A DNA stretch of 47,700 bases from Trypethelium eluteriae (taxonomy: Eukaryota). A model generated the notes under the pieces. It had not been told where the DNA came from and ran no database searches. It saw only the letters and a list, made by a program, of their open reading frames with translations. Positions 12,009 through 23,959 of the stretch are shown one piece after another. The position numbers were made by a program, and so were the translations under genes. Position 1 is the first letter of the stretch, and each line of letters begins with the position of its first letter. The stretch is taken from positions 1-47,700 of the forward strand of contig JAVECL010000128.1 in NCBI GenBank assembly GCA_051942245.1, given 5' to 3'.

Positions 12009-13241
12009 TCATGCACCCTCTTCCCGTAACACTTCAACCATCCAATCTACGGCCTGCTTGGCCTCTGGCAGGCCCAACGACCAAATCAGATGCCAACAGT
12101 GCATCTGCTTGTCCCATTCTAGCCATTTCCCATGGACTCCTTCCTCGTTGCATCTGTCACGAAACTTCCGGGCATCACCACTCAATAAGTCGTATCCTCC
12201 CGTTGTACCATGCACTCGTACGCCAGCCCTGGCAAGCGCTGCAACGTCTCCTAATAAAGGACTAACGCGAGGATCCGTCTTCTCCCATGGCTCCGGCAAG
12301 CCTTTAGGAGGTTCTGACACCACTTCTTCCGTCGGCGCATCTGCTCGTAACCTCCTACCTTTTTCCTGCCATTTGCCAACCCAGGCATCTGCAGTGTCTG
12401 AAATGAAATTGATACTCAACAACGGGTCTTTTTTCTCGATACTCTTCAAAGTCGGAGAATCATTGTCGCGACACAAAAAGACCGAAGGGCACAACGCAAG
12501 TATCGCATCTGGAGCGAGTGACGTGTTGGTCTTCCCGATTTCCTTATCTTCTTCCGTTGGCATGGAGGTTTCCTTCGGCTCAGGCCTTGTTTCCGAAAGC
12601 GCGTGGATGGCTAGTGCACACGCAAGATTACCTCCGGCAGAGTCGCCGGCGAGAATGACGTATTCGCCAGCATCGCTTGAAGTCCTAAGTAAACTTTCAT
12701 AGAGCCGCACGAGCTTAGGAAACGTGACAGGAGCGGGAGATGCAGGTGCGAGCGGATATGAGATAATTGATATTATGGTGGGAATTGGAGAATCTTTCCC
12801 CTTGGATGGTGATTCTGATAAACGTCTGACGATCTCAGCTAGTAGCTCCCAATGATGGCTCGAAACAGGCATCTGCCATCCTCCACCCGCAAAGTAGTAT
12901 ATTCGTCGCTTTCTTTGCGCGTCAGGAAAGGTGCCTTCTGGACCATGGGCAGCGGTGTTGACGCGAGGTATGTGCTGATGACGGGAAGTCCTCTTCGCTT
13001 CAAGATCGTAGATCCATATTCCATCGAGCTGGCGTTCTTGGACGGTACATTTCTTGTACACTGCTGCTGGAGGCTTTAAGCGAACTGATCCCGGAGGGAA
13101 ATGCTTCTTCGCTCTCGCAAGGTAGGTTTTTAGAAGAAATAGAATTTTTTGTAAAATAGCCATGCGAATGCTGCGGTCAGACCGCCTGGTTACGTCAATG
13201 GTCTCAGACGTCACGCCATGAGTAGCTTGGTCGTTCTTCAT
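12009..13241 (-). CDS. Alpha/beta hydrolase, hormone-sensitive-lipase (Abhydrolase_3) type esterase
   Basis: IYYFAGGGWQMP (HGGG-like oxyanion motif), ISYPLAP, ILAGDSAGGNLA nucleophile elbow, GGYDLL, QMHCW. First in-frame ATG is at 13241 (the ORF track starts at a non-ATG codon). Confidence 0.9.
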   Translation of the reverse strand: MKNDQATHGVTSETIDVTRRSDRSIRMAILQKILFLLKTYLARAKKHFPPGSVRLKPPAAVYKKCTVQERQLDGIWIYDLEAKRTSRHQHIPRVNTAAHGPEGTFPDAQRKRRIYYFAGGGWQMPVSSHHWELLAEIVRRLSESPSKGKDSPIPTIISIISYPLAPASPAPVTFPKLVRLYESLLRTSSDAGEYVILAGDSAGGNLACALAIHALSETRPEPKETSMPTEEDKEIGKTNTSLAPDAILALCPSVFLCRDNDSPTLKSIEKKDPLLSINFISDTADAWVGKWQEKGRRLRADAPTEEVVSEPPKGLPEPWEKTDPRVSPLLGDVAALARAGVRVHGTTGGYDLLSGDARKFRDRCNEEGVHGKWLEWDKQMHCWHLIWSLGLPEAKQAVDWMVEVLREEGA

Positions 13242-14296
13242 AGTGAAAGATACAAGAGCCAAGAGTAACAAAGTAGGCGACAGATGAAGCTCGATTGGTG
13301 AATTTAAGCTCCAAATATCTTTGAAGTCATAGCCAAGATATTTTGTCAAATGTGGATCTCGTAGGTAATAATGGCAGATTTATTTGTCGTCACTTTCTTA
13401 ACCCTGGCTGGATTATAGCTCTCTTATGTATGACGTGTGTGATGGTAAAGCACGTTGTAGGCGTCGACGTGAATGCAAAGGCATGGCAGAGTATGAATGA
13501 GGTTGACACTTCAGATAACCCAAATGTAACAAGCCACTAGCGCTCGGTGTAGTCAGCGTGAATAAAATCGAGCCTCGCGCCACAGTGCAAAGACAGATCG
13601 ATGGAGCGTTCTGGCCTATCGCAATGGAAGGCGCACGGGGAGGCGGCGTTGGGAGATCACCAAGATCGCAACACAAAGACGCAAGGGTTCAGATCGATCC
13701 GCTACTGAGCGTGCTAGCGTATTTAGAAGTCGATCGGCTGCTGATCTTTGCTGCTACAACATCTATCCACCGCATCCATCGGCGCGTCCGTCATGAGCCA
13801 ACTTATTTTGCTTACCAGTATTTGATGTTTATACCCATCATCGTTATCATCCTACCCTCGAAAATGATAGCCTGCAGCGAGACTTTGCAAAAGCATCGAT
13901 GTAATGAAAGAATTTAGATTCCGAAACAAAGGCTCTACCACCTCTGAACGCGCTTCAATGATCGTTCCAACGGTTGAGGCGGCCCGTCATCAAGTGCTTC
14001 CTATGACGCGTACACTAGTCGTCGCTTACTCGAATGCGATTCTAATGAAGAAAACAAATCAACATCTTAGGAGAAAATACGCGTACTCTATCGCGTACCC
14101 TATCACTGGAAAGCGTAGGCAGCAACGGTCAATCCTACCTGCACTCTTTCCAGAATCCATAAGTCTAATATTCCCAATACCTGGCGTGTCGAGCTCTTCA
14201 GCATTTTGACATAAGAGAATGCTTGATACTCTCATATCAAATATTGAGTGCTTCAGCATACAGGACGGCAATGATCAGGTTTGGAGCGTAGCAACT

Positions 14297-16467
14297 CTAG
14301 CTTAATAATACACTAATCTCAGCACTCGTCCTTGGGAACAAATCTCTCAGCTTCGGATTCTCTTCCTCTCCACCGCTCCCTTCTTGGTCGATTCCATCTG
14401 CGAGATCATCCGCGGCCAAGATCTTGCTTTCCACCATCTCGAAATCCTCGCAAAATCTTGCAGCCGCTTCCTCAGTAATGTTTTGTGCCATCTTCGTATC
14501 CCGTAGTAACCCAATGTTCTGCGTCGCATCCATGAGTGCCGAGGGCAGGAAATCGTCCAATTGCTGGCTCGTGGCCATCAAAGGTTCCGGCTTGAAAGAA
14601 CCTAGTTCCGGGATACGCTTCAGGTCCTCCGGTTCATCAGATACAGATTCGAGGATCTCCACTAATTGTAGCACCCCAGACTTTTCCAAAAAATAGCGAT
14701 GCTGTGATTCAATGAGTTTTGTGACATGGTCGTGCATCGTTTCATCAAGCTCCCCTAGCCGGTCGCTAGCGAATCGATGGTAAGACAAGACGGCCTTCGT
14801 GACTGAAGAGCAATTAATTGCGAAGATGTGCTTTTCTGGCTCATCGAGCCCTTCCGAATGGCTTTCACAGACTACCAAGAAAGGGTCCAGAGCCTCCGAA
14901 AACACGACCTGTAGTCCTGTGGTATTTTTCGAAGCAGAGGCAAATGAGGTATCGTAGCTTTTCATAAGCGCTCGTAACCGATCTAAAGCGTCGTCAAGGA
15001 AGTCGGGTGGCGAGAGGTCGGACGATACTGGAGCGGGATCATTCTGAGCAGCGAGGACATGATCACGCATATTGGCTCGAAATTGGGATAATGCGGCCTC
15101 AGATAGTGCTTCAAGTGTTTCGATCATGACCGCTTCTCCGCCAACGAGCTTCTCGAAGGTCCCGGAGTAGAAGATTGCGAGACTGGAGAGTTCATATTGT
15201 AGTACTGGATCCTCGTGGCTCTGAATTACTTGTTGGATGCGTTGTCGGATTTGACGAGCAACACCACTGAATGCTCGATTGACGATCTGGTTCAATGCTT
15301 TGCGACCATCAAAGATGGCTTCCTCGTCGTTTTCATGTGACCATGGTTCGCTTTCAATACCCGTTTGTATTCCCTTGGTAATTTCATCTCCTTGAGAAAT
15401 GAAAAGTACCTCTAGAGCTTCACGCTCCGACACAGTAGCGGAATGAGCCCAAGCTAACATGTCGCCAACGTAGCGGAGCGGTTCATGTGCAAACAGCTCG
15501 ATTGGCTTGGTCATGGCTTTGAAGTCCGGATCTGATGAGTAGCCAGTTATTGCGGAGTAGAAAGCGTCCGACAACGAGTTCTCTCGCGCATCAGCAAAAG
15601 AGTCTAAACAATTCTCGAATAACGATGGACGCTCTGCAAGCACCCGCAAGGCTCGTCTCAGCGAAGAGCTGATTTGCGGATTCTCCAAATCCACCATCTT
15701 GAATTCTCGTTGAAGCCAGCGATGGAGTTTCTGGAAGCCTGCATTGAGCTGCTTTCCGCTATGTTCGAGAATCTGCGTGCCTAATCTTTGATCCTCTGTG
15801 CCTAACAGCACACGGCAGTCCTCATGGATCTTCTTGGTCCTTGTTAAGACGCGGAAGAACTCATCATCAACTGGCTCAGCAGTGGATGTCAAGGTCACGA
15901 GGTCGTCTTCGGAAAGATGAAAATGTGCATTGAAGGCCTTCAAGAGGTGTTGTTTCGTCTCAACCTGGGTTTTCTGCTGAGTCAATGTATTGGCTTCTTC
16001 CAATACGGGAGCTGTCTCTTGGGATGCTGCTGCAATACTTGCACGCATCTGAGCACAGCATTTATTGAGATTTTCTACTGCTGCGCCTATGCGTTTCAGT
16101 TGCTGTCAAAGTTTTTCTTAATTAATCAAAACGTAACTACCCAGGACGCGTAGTAACTTACATCAGCGACTTTCCCAAAATCCTGCACGACTTCGCCATT
16201 ACACTGGATGAGCTCCCTCTGCACATCTAGCCGCAGTTGACGTCTCGTTTCGGCATTGTTGATGAGGCCACGCTGGTCTAGAGTTTCGAGTGCATCACGA
16301 ATCTCGAGATCAGCGTAAGAGCCCGCAAGCACACTTGTGATTCGATTAGATAGTGCTGCACCCGACTTGCCCTGCTGTCGATTCGCTTGTGAACCTTGTG
16401 TAGAAGCCAAACCCGAGAAGTCTGGCGACTCCATAAGATCTCGGTCTATTGCATGCTCAAGAGACAT
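14297..16467 (-). CDS. COG6: Conserved oligomeric Golgi complex subunit 6
   Basis: Exons 16467-16162 and 16102-14297 (intron 16103-16161, GTAAGT...ACAG). Motifs [67 protein letters not shown]. Confidence 0.95.
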
Positions 16468-17002
16468 TGCTTAGTATGATAGGGAAGATCTAGTAAATTG
16501 ACAGGAATCTTTCTGCTTCGGAAAAAGCCATTTCTCATAGGATATGTCGAGTTCCAAGCTGATTCCAAAGAGATGGACGCGAGGTCCCAAGCATGTCAGC
16601 TGTTGTCTTTCCCATTATTAAGGTCATCTTCGTCAAAAACTTCCAGGTCGGCCGAATCTGCAAGGAACGCCGACGAATGGGCCCGTGCGCAAGCTAATCC
16701 TCAGTGCTCTATACGTCACTCGACCATTTATGAAGGCTGAAGCACGCGCCAGCATTGAAAGACGTCCATCACGATCCTCTCGTCTCGAAACGTCACGATG
16801 CCCTTCGTCCATTACTTGTGACTCTTCTGGGCTTGTTTTACCAAAAAGATCATCTCTCTCAGCACTCATGGAGGTGTGTTGCTCTTTTCGGGCACACTTC
16901 CTCGAGCCCTTTGACCATAACCTTTTCAGGCACAAGCGCATAACGTATGAACGGTAGCAGAAATCCTGTCTCGGAAACAAGATCCAATACTCGATTTCCA
17001 AA

Positions 17003-19939
17003 ATGTTTTCAAGTTTGTTACGGAATCCCAACGCGGGTCGGTCGATCTATGAGACAATGAAAGAGGACGACGAGCATTCCGAGACTTCAGAGAATCACGA
17101 TCTCGATGGCATAGGTTTGGACGAGGCCAACTTGCAAGAACAATTTCACGATGAGGATCTGGGCCATATGCTTCAAGATGCTACCGAAAGTCAAATCACA
17201 ACCGAGAGCACAGCTTTCCTTGGTGGTAATAACGAACGAGGTCGCGTTGGGAGAGCAAACATTGGTTCGCGGGCAAAGGCAACACCTAAATGGATGCGGC
17301 AACAACCAAATATTGATGCTGTGTTGGATGAGGAGGAAGATGTCCCCGAATCTTTACTCTTGGAAGGAGGACGCAAACAGGAAGCTTCTAGTCCGGCCCC
17401 AGCAAACAATGTTGCCAGCATACTCCCTGCGCCGGTGCCAGGTCCCTCAAATCAGAGCAATATGACACACTGGAACTCTACACGAGCTCAACAACCCTTG
17501 TATGAACACACATCGATAGACACAAGGCCTGGCAGAAGTAGGCAAGCAAGAACCGCGATGCTGATGGCAGACCCGAAGGAAAAGGCCATGTGGAGATGGA
17601 CCAATGTGTACAATCTTGATAACTTCCTTGCCGATGTCTATGCATACTACACGCATCATGGATTCTGGTCGATCATGCTGGCTCGGTCCCTCAATATGCT
17701 GTAAGCCAGATTCTTCCTCTACCCTCAACTCAATGAACTTGTGCTCATAGGTGATTAGCACGATCGCTTTTGTCTTCTCTTTTAGCGTATTTCTTCTATC
17801 ATGCGTCGATTATCCGAAGATACCATACACCAGGAGGTTAACAGATGTTATGATTCCACAATGTACCAAAAAGTAAGCACTGTCACATGACTCATCTGAG
17901 TCCCAGATTGACGTTCGATCAGAATGCCTTTGATACTCAATGTCAGCATCTGGCTTGGTTCGCTGTTCTGGCTCTTTGCTTTTATCCAGAATATGCTTGA
18001 TATCCGGCGTCTCTGGCATTTGCATGAATTTTACCACCACCTACTTGGCATTCCGGATGGCGAAATCCAAACAGTGTCATGGCAGTATGTTGTGCAAAGA
18101 CTCATGGCATTGCGCGATAATAATCCCATTACCGCGCCCAATCTTTCGCCACAGACGAGGAAGCTTCTTGGTAATCACTCAAAACAACGCATGGATGCTC
18201 ACGACATTGCCAACCGCTTGATGCGAAGAGAAAATTACACGATAGCACTCTTTAACAAAGAGATCTTTGATTTTTCGCTTCCTCTGCCGTTTCTCCGAAA
18301 GAGACAGTTTTTCTCCAACTTGATGATGTTGAACATCGACGCGGCCATTATGGATTTTTTCTTTGACGAAAAAGGACATGTTAAGCCCGGAGTCCTCAGG
18401 GAGACTCAGCGGCGAGAATTAGTCCGAGCCATCAATAATCGCCTCCTTTTAGCTGCATGGGTAAACTTCGTTGCTTCACCTCTGGTAATCTTCTATGGTT
18501 TGATCATGTACTTCTACCGCAATTTTCTGGTAAGCGTCAAAACCCCAACTCTCGATTACTCGGCATGTGCTGACCTCCAACAGGAGTTCAAGGAGAGGCC
18601 ATCTCAAGCCGGAGCTCGAGAGTGGACGGCACTCGCCAAATGGAAATTTCGAGAATTCAATGAGCTCCCGCACTTGTGCAATCGGCGTCTGAGGATGGCA
18701 TATCCTTTCGCTGATGCGTACTTGGAACAATTTCCCAAAGACAAGTTAGCGCAGATAGCCTCATTCGTGGCCTTCGTCTCTGGTGCATTAGCTGCCGTCC
18801 TTGGTCTGGCGACTCTGATAGATCCGGAGCTGTTCCTGGGCTTCGAAATTACGCACGACAGGACTGCTCTCTTCTACCTTACTGTGCTCACGGCCATTTT
18901 TGCGTCCGCTCGAAATGCTGTACCTGAGGAAACATTTGTGTCAGACCCAGAGCTACACCTGAGAGAAGTCATTGAAAGAATCCATTACAAACCCGCGCAT
19001 TGGGAGGACCGACTTCACAGTGTAGATATACGAAACGAGTTCTCGGCTCTTTACCAAGTCAAACCTATTCTGTTCGCAGAAGAGATACTAGGCAATCTTT
19101 TGACACCTTTCATCCTCCTGGTCACCATGCCGAAATGTTCAGAGCGGGTAGTTGATTTTTTCCGCGAGTTCACTATCCATGTCGACGGCATCGGCCATGT
19201 CTGCTCCTTTGCCGTCTTCGATTTCAAGAAGGGCGTCAATACGCCAGCGGAGAACAAGGGCATAACAGACGGGACCACCGACCTTCGCGACGACTACTAC
19301 TCCACCAAAGATGGCAAAATGCTGGCCTCTTACTATGGCTTCATGGCTGACTATGGCGCCACCCGTGGCGGACGTCCTGGGCCACACCAGCGTCCGTCAA
19401 AGACAAAGCCTTTCCGCCCACCTCCTACCTTCCCTGGCCTCTCTTCCCCAGAGCCAGGTGTGCCTACAAGCAGAGGGCCTCCCAACCGAAGCCAAATGCT
19501 ACAGCAAGGGCCATCGCGGTTCGGCGCTCCAGCAGGCCACCTTTCACCCATGCAATCCCTCGTCCTCGACCCTCATCACCAGCCCACCGGACCTGGCCTC
19601 AGACAGTCTTCCCGACAGGCTCCGATGGCAGGGTCGCGCATCGCGTCGGCTCGCCAGCCCTCCATGGGCTCTACTGCAGAAGAAAGCCAGGAGGCAGCGG
19701 CAGCGGCTACCGGATCGCCATCGCAGCAGCCTACGACCAGCAAGATGATTGAGGACGATAGCCGTCTTGGCGACTCATGGACTACGGAGAAGCCGGGAGG
19801 AGTGCGTGGAGAGGGCAACGATGAGGATGAGGGGGAAGAAGACGAGGACATGGAGCAAGGTGGTGCGGGAGTGTTGGGCCTGCTGTATCAGTTTCAGAAG
19901 GCACATACTGGGGGAAGGACAACGGGAATGGGGGTATAG
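17003..19939 (+). CDS. ATG9: Autophagy protein Atg9 (lipid scramblase)
   Basis: Exons 17003-17700, 17759-17872, 17923-18529, 18584-19939. Motifs AMWRWTNVYNLDNFLADVYAYY, QRMDAHDIANRLMRRENY, WKFREFNELPHL, DFFREFTIHVDGIGHVCSFAVFDF, DGKMLASYYGF, GVLGLLYQFQK. Confidence 0.96.
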
Positions 19940-21308
19940 ATGGATGCTTTCGGGAACTTGTGCGCGAGCCTGTCATCTGGAGCTCCGGTGCTTGGGGTAG
20001 AAAGATTTATACAGGAGACAGAGAAAGAGAGGCGAGGTTGGACGGTTGATTTGCAGTGTTGAAGAGCGAAAGGAGCTTTATATGAGATTACATAGCATAG
20101 CGATTGCGGGTTTGCATGTCTGGGTGGTCAAGGGCAGGGAGTTAGATGGTATTCGGGTCTGGTTCCGCTGGTCTGCCTGAAGGTGACTGAAAGGTGTTCG
20201 TTTCTTCCCCTCAGCTCCGAGATGGAGACCATGGCACGTAAGTATGGCGTCCCGCGCTTCTCTTTGACTTCATTCTGTCTCTGGCATCGTGTTTACATCG
20301 CGTGCATTCGTTAGAGACATGGTACGACATGGATAGATTTACCAATGATGTTGATTCTTACATCCTTTCAGCTCTTGATAGAGGACAACAGCAAACTACG
20401 GTACGTCATCCCATTAGATCTGACTTGTCGAACGTTCTAGATTTTCAATGCCCACGGATGGAACAGATCCAGATTCCATAGTGGTCCTAAATTTGGGGTG
20501 GTCAAAACATGTGCCCCCCACATCCGGCCGAAGCTAAGTATCGTGTAGATACCACAGCCCATTTTCGTCCCTTGGCTCACTGGAAGTCTTCCTATTTCGT
20601 CCTTCGCCTGTGTCTAAGCAGTCCGTAGCTTCACTGAATTATCACGATACCGAAAGGCATCCAAGTGAACTTCACCACGATGGAGTTACTCTATGATGAC
20701 CTCGATTCCCTTGGCGCTGATTACAGGGCTAGTCTTGGAGAAAAGCCTCTAAGAACAACGGAACTTGTACAGGCGATGCAGTTCTTTGCCCAGGTGGCTG
20801 GCTACTGAACAGCGAGACAAGCCACCTTGTGTGTAGGTCTCTGGATTTTTGAGTGCCGTGAAATGGCCCCATTCTAAAAACGGAGCTCTTTGTTAAGGTG
20901 CATTTCGATTAGAGTGCGGTCCCGTATCTTTCTGTGATCTTGAGTATCGAGTCTTCTTTTGCCTAGCTTCATAGTCATGAAGCGCCTCAAGCTCACTAGG
21001 TCTGACTTTTCTACCAGACTTGTTCTGGATAGCATTGACAGAGTAGTACCGTTGCTGTGGCTGCTGGCTAGGACGTGCAATGATCTAGTCTGGTCTGGCC
21101 TACCTCATTTGGATCCAATAGGTACTCATTAGGAAGCAAGCTGTTGGCTACCTTTAAGAGATGAAGAACTTGTGCTCCCTCAAAGTAAGCGGAGAGTTCC
21201 CTTCCTTCCGTCAATCATTCTGTGCCTCGCCGCTCGAAAGCCGGAGTAGCTCGAAGCCTTGATTCACAACCAGGTATTGCTTGGACCAGAACTGGAATAG
21301 AAAGGTGT

Positions 21309-22400
21309 ATGATGGATTCCACCTACGAAGTCCTTCTCAATGCAAAACGGCTTTCGAACTTGGCATATCTTGTTGAACCAAGCGAACTATCTACCCAAAT
21401 ACCAATATCCCCCGGTGCCTACAGCTCCTCTCCCGAACGAAAAGAAGCTCAACGACCAGCTTTTCAACGACACAACTCCCTTCCACCATCACCTCGTACA
21501 ATCATTCTCAGCGCCTGGCCTACTGCATCTCTCACTCAGTTCACTCACTATATTTCCGGGTATCGTACGCTCTTCCCGAGGTCGCAAATCCTTCTCCTCA
21601 CCTTTACCCCGACTTCCGTCTTCCTACCCGCCTCTGCATTATCCGAGCAACTCCTTCCTGCCATCGAGGTCATCGCTCCGGAGTCCCGCACGCCAAGCTT
21701 CTCGCCTTCAGCCGATGCTGCTGACGCCAGCTTACGCACGGACTATTTCCATGTGAGCGCCGGCAATAAGTCTCAGTACGGCTCTGTCCTTCTCCACGTC
21801 TTCGGCATCCCCTCTGCTACACGCGCCTGTGCCTTCTTGCGCTTGTACCGCGCCCACTATGGATCACCACTTCCTCTGAGAGCCATCGTATCCGATGCAG
21901 AGCCTGCGCGCTCGCTCTGCCCCCAGGAGCTTATCAAGGACGTTGCACTTTTGCGGAGGAGGGCGCTGGGGTCCACCTTCCTCGCCGGTGGAACCGTGCT
22001 CATGGCGTATTTGCTAGATGCCCTGATAAGCTTCGCGGTGGCGTTGGCGATGTTGCTAGGCAGTGTCATGGGATTCGCGAACGACGATGAGCAGGTTAGG
22101 CGAGAGTTAAATGATCCTGTGTTTGTTCCTGGCAATGTAAAACGATGCTATGTTTTTCCGGAGGAGGGGATGTTGTTTAGTTGGAAGAAGGCTCCTGCTG
22201 GCGTTGGAGAGGAGGATGTACGTAAGCAGTGGAGTGTGAAGAGGGATAAAGTGGGAAGAGAAAGGTGGAACGGAGATGAAGAGCGATTTTGGGAGGGAAT
22301 AGATGCGTTGGTCACCGATTCTAGCGCTGATGCTATACCACCTTGGACTTCACCGTATCAATTTTGGGGGAGAGTCAAATTTGTTTCCAATAAAATTTGA
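21309..22400 (+). CDS. DUF829/TMEM53 (PaxU-like) family protein, degenerate
   Basis: PRTIILSAWPTASLTQFTHYISGYRTLFPRSQILLL, VLLHVF, AIVSDAEP, hydrophobic hairpin and RCYVF align by eye to the DUF829 pattern. First ATG at 21309. Confidence 0.7.
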   Translation: MMDSTYEVLLNAKRLSNLAYLVEPSELSTQIPISPGAYSSSPERKEAQRPAFQRHNSLPPSPRTIILSAWPTASLTQFTHYISGYRTLFPRSQILLLTFTPTSVFLPASALSEQLLPAIEVIAPESRTPSFSPSADAADASLRTDYFHVSAGNKSQYGSVLLHVFGIPSATRACAFLRLYRAHYGSPLPLRAIVSDAEPARSLCPQELIKDVALLRRRALGSTFLAGGTVLMAYLLDALISFAVALAMLLGSVMGFANDDEQVRRELNDPVFVPGNVKRCYVFPEEGMLFSWKKAPAGVGEEDVRKQWSVKRDKVGRERWNGDEERFWEGIDALVTDSSADAIPPWTSPYQFWGRVKFVSNKI

Positions 22401-22642
22401 ACAAGTGAATCATCTTTCGAAAGGAGATCAAGTCCCCTGCTCTCCGATAGAGCCCTATTGATCTGTGATCACGCCATTATCCTGGATTGCTAGGATTTAA
22501 CTAGAGAACTGTTTTTCAGATTTTTGCTAAGGGTAGCAAAAATGGTACATGCTAAAGAAATCCATGATGGGCGGTTATAACTGATCCTGAGACTTTCAAG
22601 CTACTTGGCTCCTGGTTGAAAATTTGTCAGTAACACACTCCT

Positions 22643-23290
22643 TCAAGCTTCCCCAGCAATAGGGTACAGGGAATAACCTACTTCACGCTTTGGCCGACGG
22701 TCGAATATTAATACCTTATCTCCTAGTTCTTCAACCTCACGAAGGCGCTCCCACTCTTCCAAAGACTTGCTGATTTTCTCCTTGCAGTCGTCGCGGAGCT
22801 TGTCAAGAAGACCTGCGTCTCGGATCATGCGCATTTGTAAATAGTATTGCTTAGCGAACATCCTCCCGCTAAGAGGGCGCTTAAAAGCTATCGTCTCAAC
22901 ATTCTCGAAGCTGGTTAACCACTTGATGGTCCCTTCTGGCACGCGGATCTTTAGATAGAGGTGCCGGACATTCTTATTGACGAGACGATCGTACCCCCAG
23001 AAGGTCATGCTCTCGAGGTAATCTTTCACGTCGTATCTGAACACTGTAGAACCGTATAGCACGCTGAGGACATCCCTGCGGATGGAGCGGCAGACGTAGA
23101 ACAAGGCAGGGCGAAAGGATTTTTCGACGAGATCTCGATGGTACCCCCACTCGTTAACAAAGGCCATCAAGCGAAGGGTATTCCCTCCACCATAACCCCA
23201 CGTAAAGATATGGTCATCAAAGATAAGGGCAGAGCTAAAGATCTGGAGTCGGAGCTCAGTTGGTAGGTCCATTAACCCTAACCCGGGCAT
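22643..23290 (-). CDS. Hypothetical protein with F-box-like N-terminus
   Basis: MPGLGLMDLPTELRLQIF...RPALFYVCRSIRRDVLSVLYGSTVF matches the common fungal L(P)xE(L)RxxI...PALxxVCRxIRxExxxxxY pattern. Confidence 0.7.
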   Translation of the reverse strand: MPGLGLMDLPTELRLQIFSSALIFDDHIFTWGYGGGNTLRLMAFVNEWGYHRDLVEKSFRPALFYVCRSIRRDVLSVLYGSTVFRYDVKDYLESMTFWGYDRLVNKNVRHLYLKIRVPEGTIKWLTSFENVETIAFKRPLSGRMFAKQYYLQMRMIRDAGLLDKLRDDCKEKISKSLEEWERLREVEELGDKVLIFDRRPKREVGYSLYPIAGEA

Positions 23291-23959
23291 GATTGAGGCC
23301 AAAGTTGAACGGCTAGACAGAGTGCACGATGGGAAAGGTTTAAGTAAGGGGGAAGTAAGGAAAGCGCAACGCCAATGGCTCATCAGTTGTGTGAGTTGAC
23401 TCCGTAAGGCATGTGATATCAAAAGGTTTGGTCACAATGAAAGACCTTGTGAGGTCAAAACTGGAAGCGACCTATATCCCACTTCATGGCTAGTGCCGCG
23501 ATATTCCGAATCTGTGATTTCTGAACTTTATGGTTTTCGAAAAGCATGTGAGGGCAGCGACTACATGCGACATAGTTTAAATTTGAGGATCTCACAGAAA
23601 ATGGTGATGAAAATGTGATGCTTAGCAGCGCTTCGATGGTCGGTCGTGACATGTACGGTTTCAGTCTCTCTTGGTTGTCAGATGAAGCCATGATGAACCT
23701 AATTCCAGAGAGATTGTTTAGGACTTGGGGTGGTTTTTTGACCTTCTTCGTCTAAACTATTTCAGCGTATGAGATGGAATGGAAAATTTTCTAAAAAGAA
23801 AAAAGGGGGCGGGGCAGAAGGCCTTAGAGCATCACTGGTATTTGGATGTTCGGAACCTTCCTAGCCTTTAATTGCAGTTATTACAACGAAGCCTCTGCAC
23901 GGATGGGTCTCGCTCCAGATGGTTTGGAAGGAAAAACTTTTCGGCGCCGTCAGTTCCAT

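Noticed and set aside
10365..12702. 247-aa and 251-aa plus-strand ORFs
   Set aside because: Antisense to better-supported minus-strand genes.
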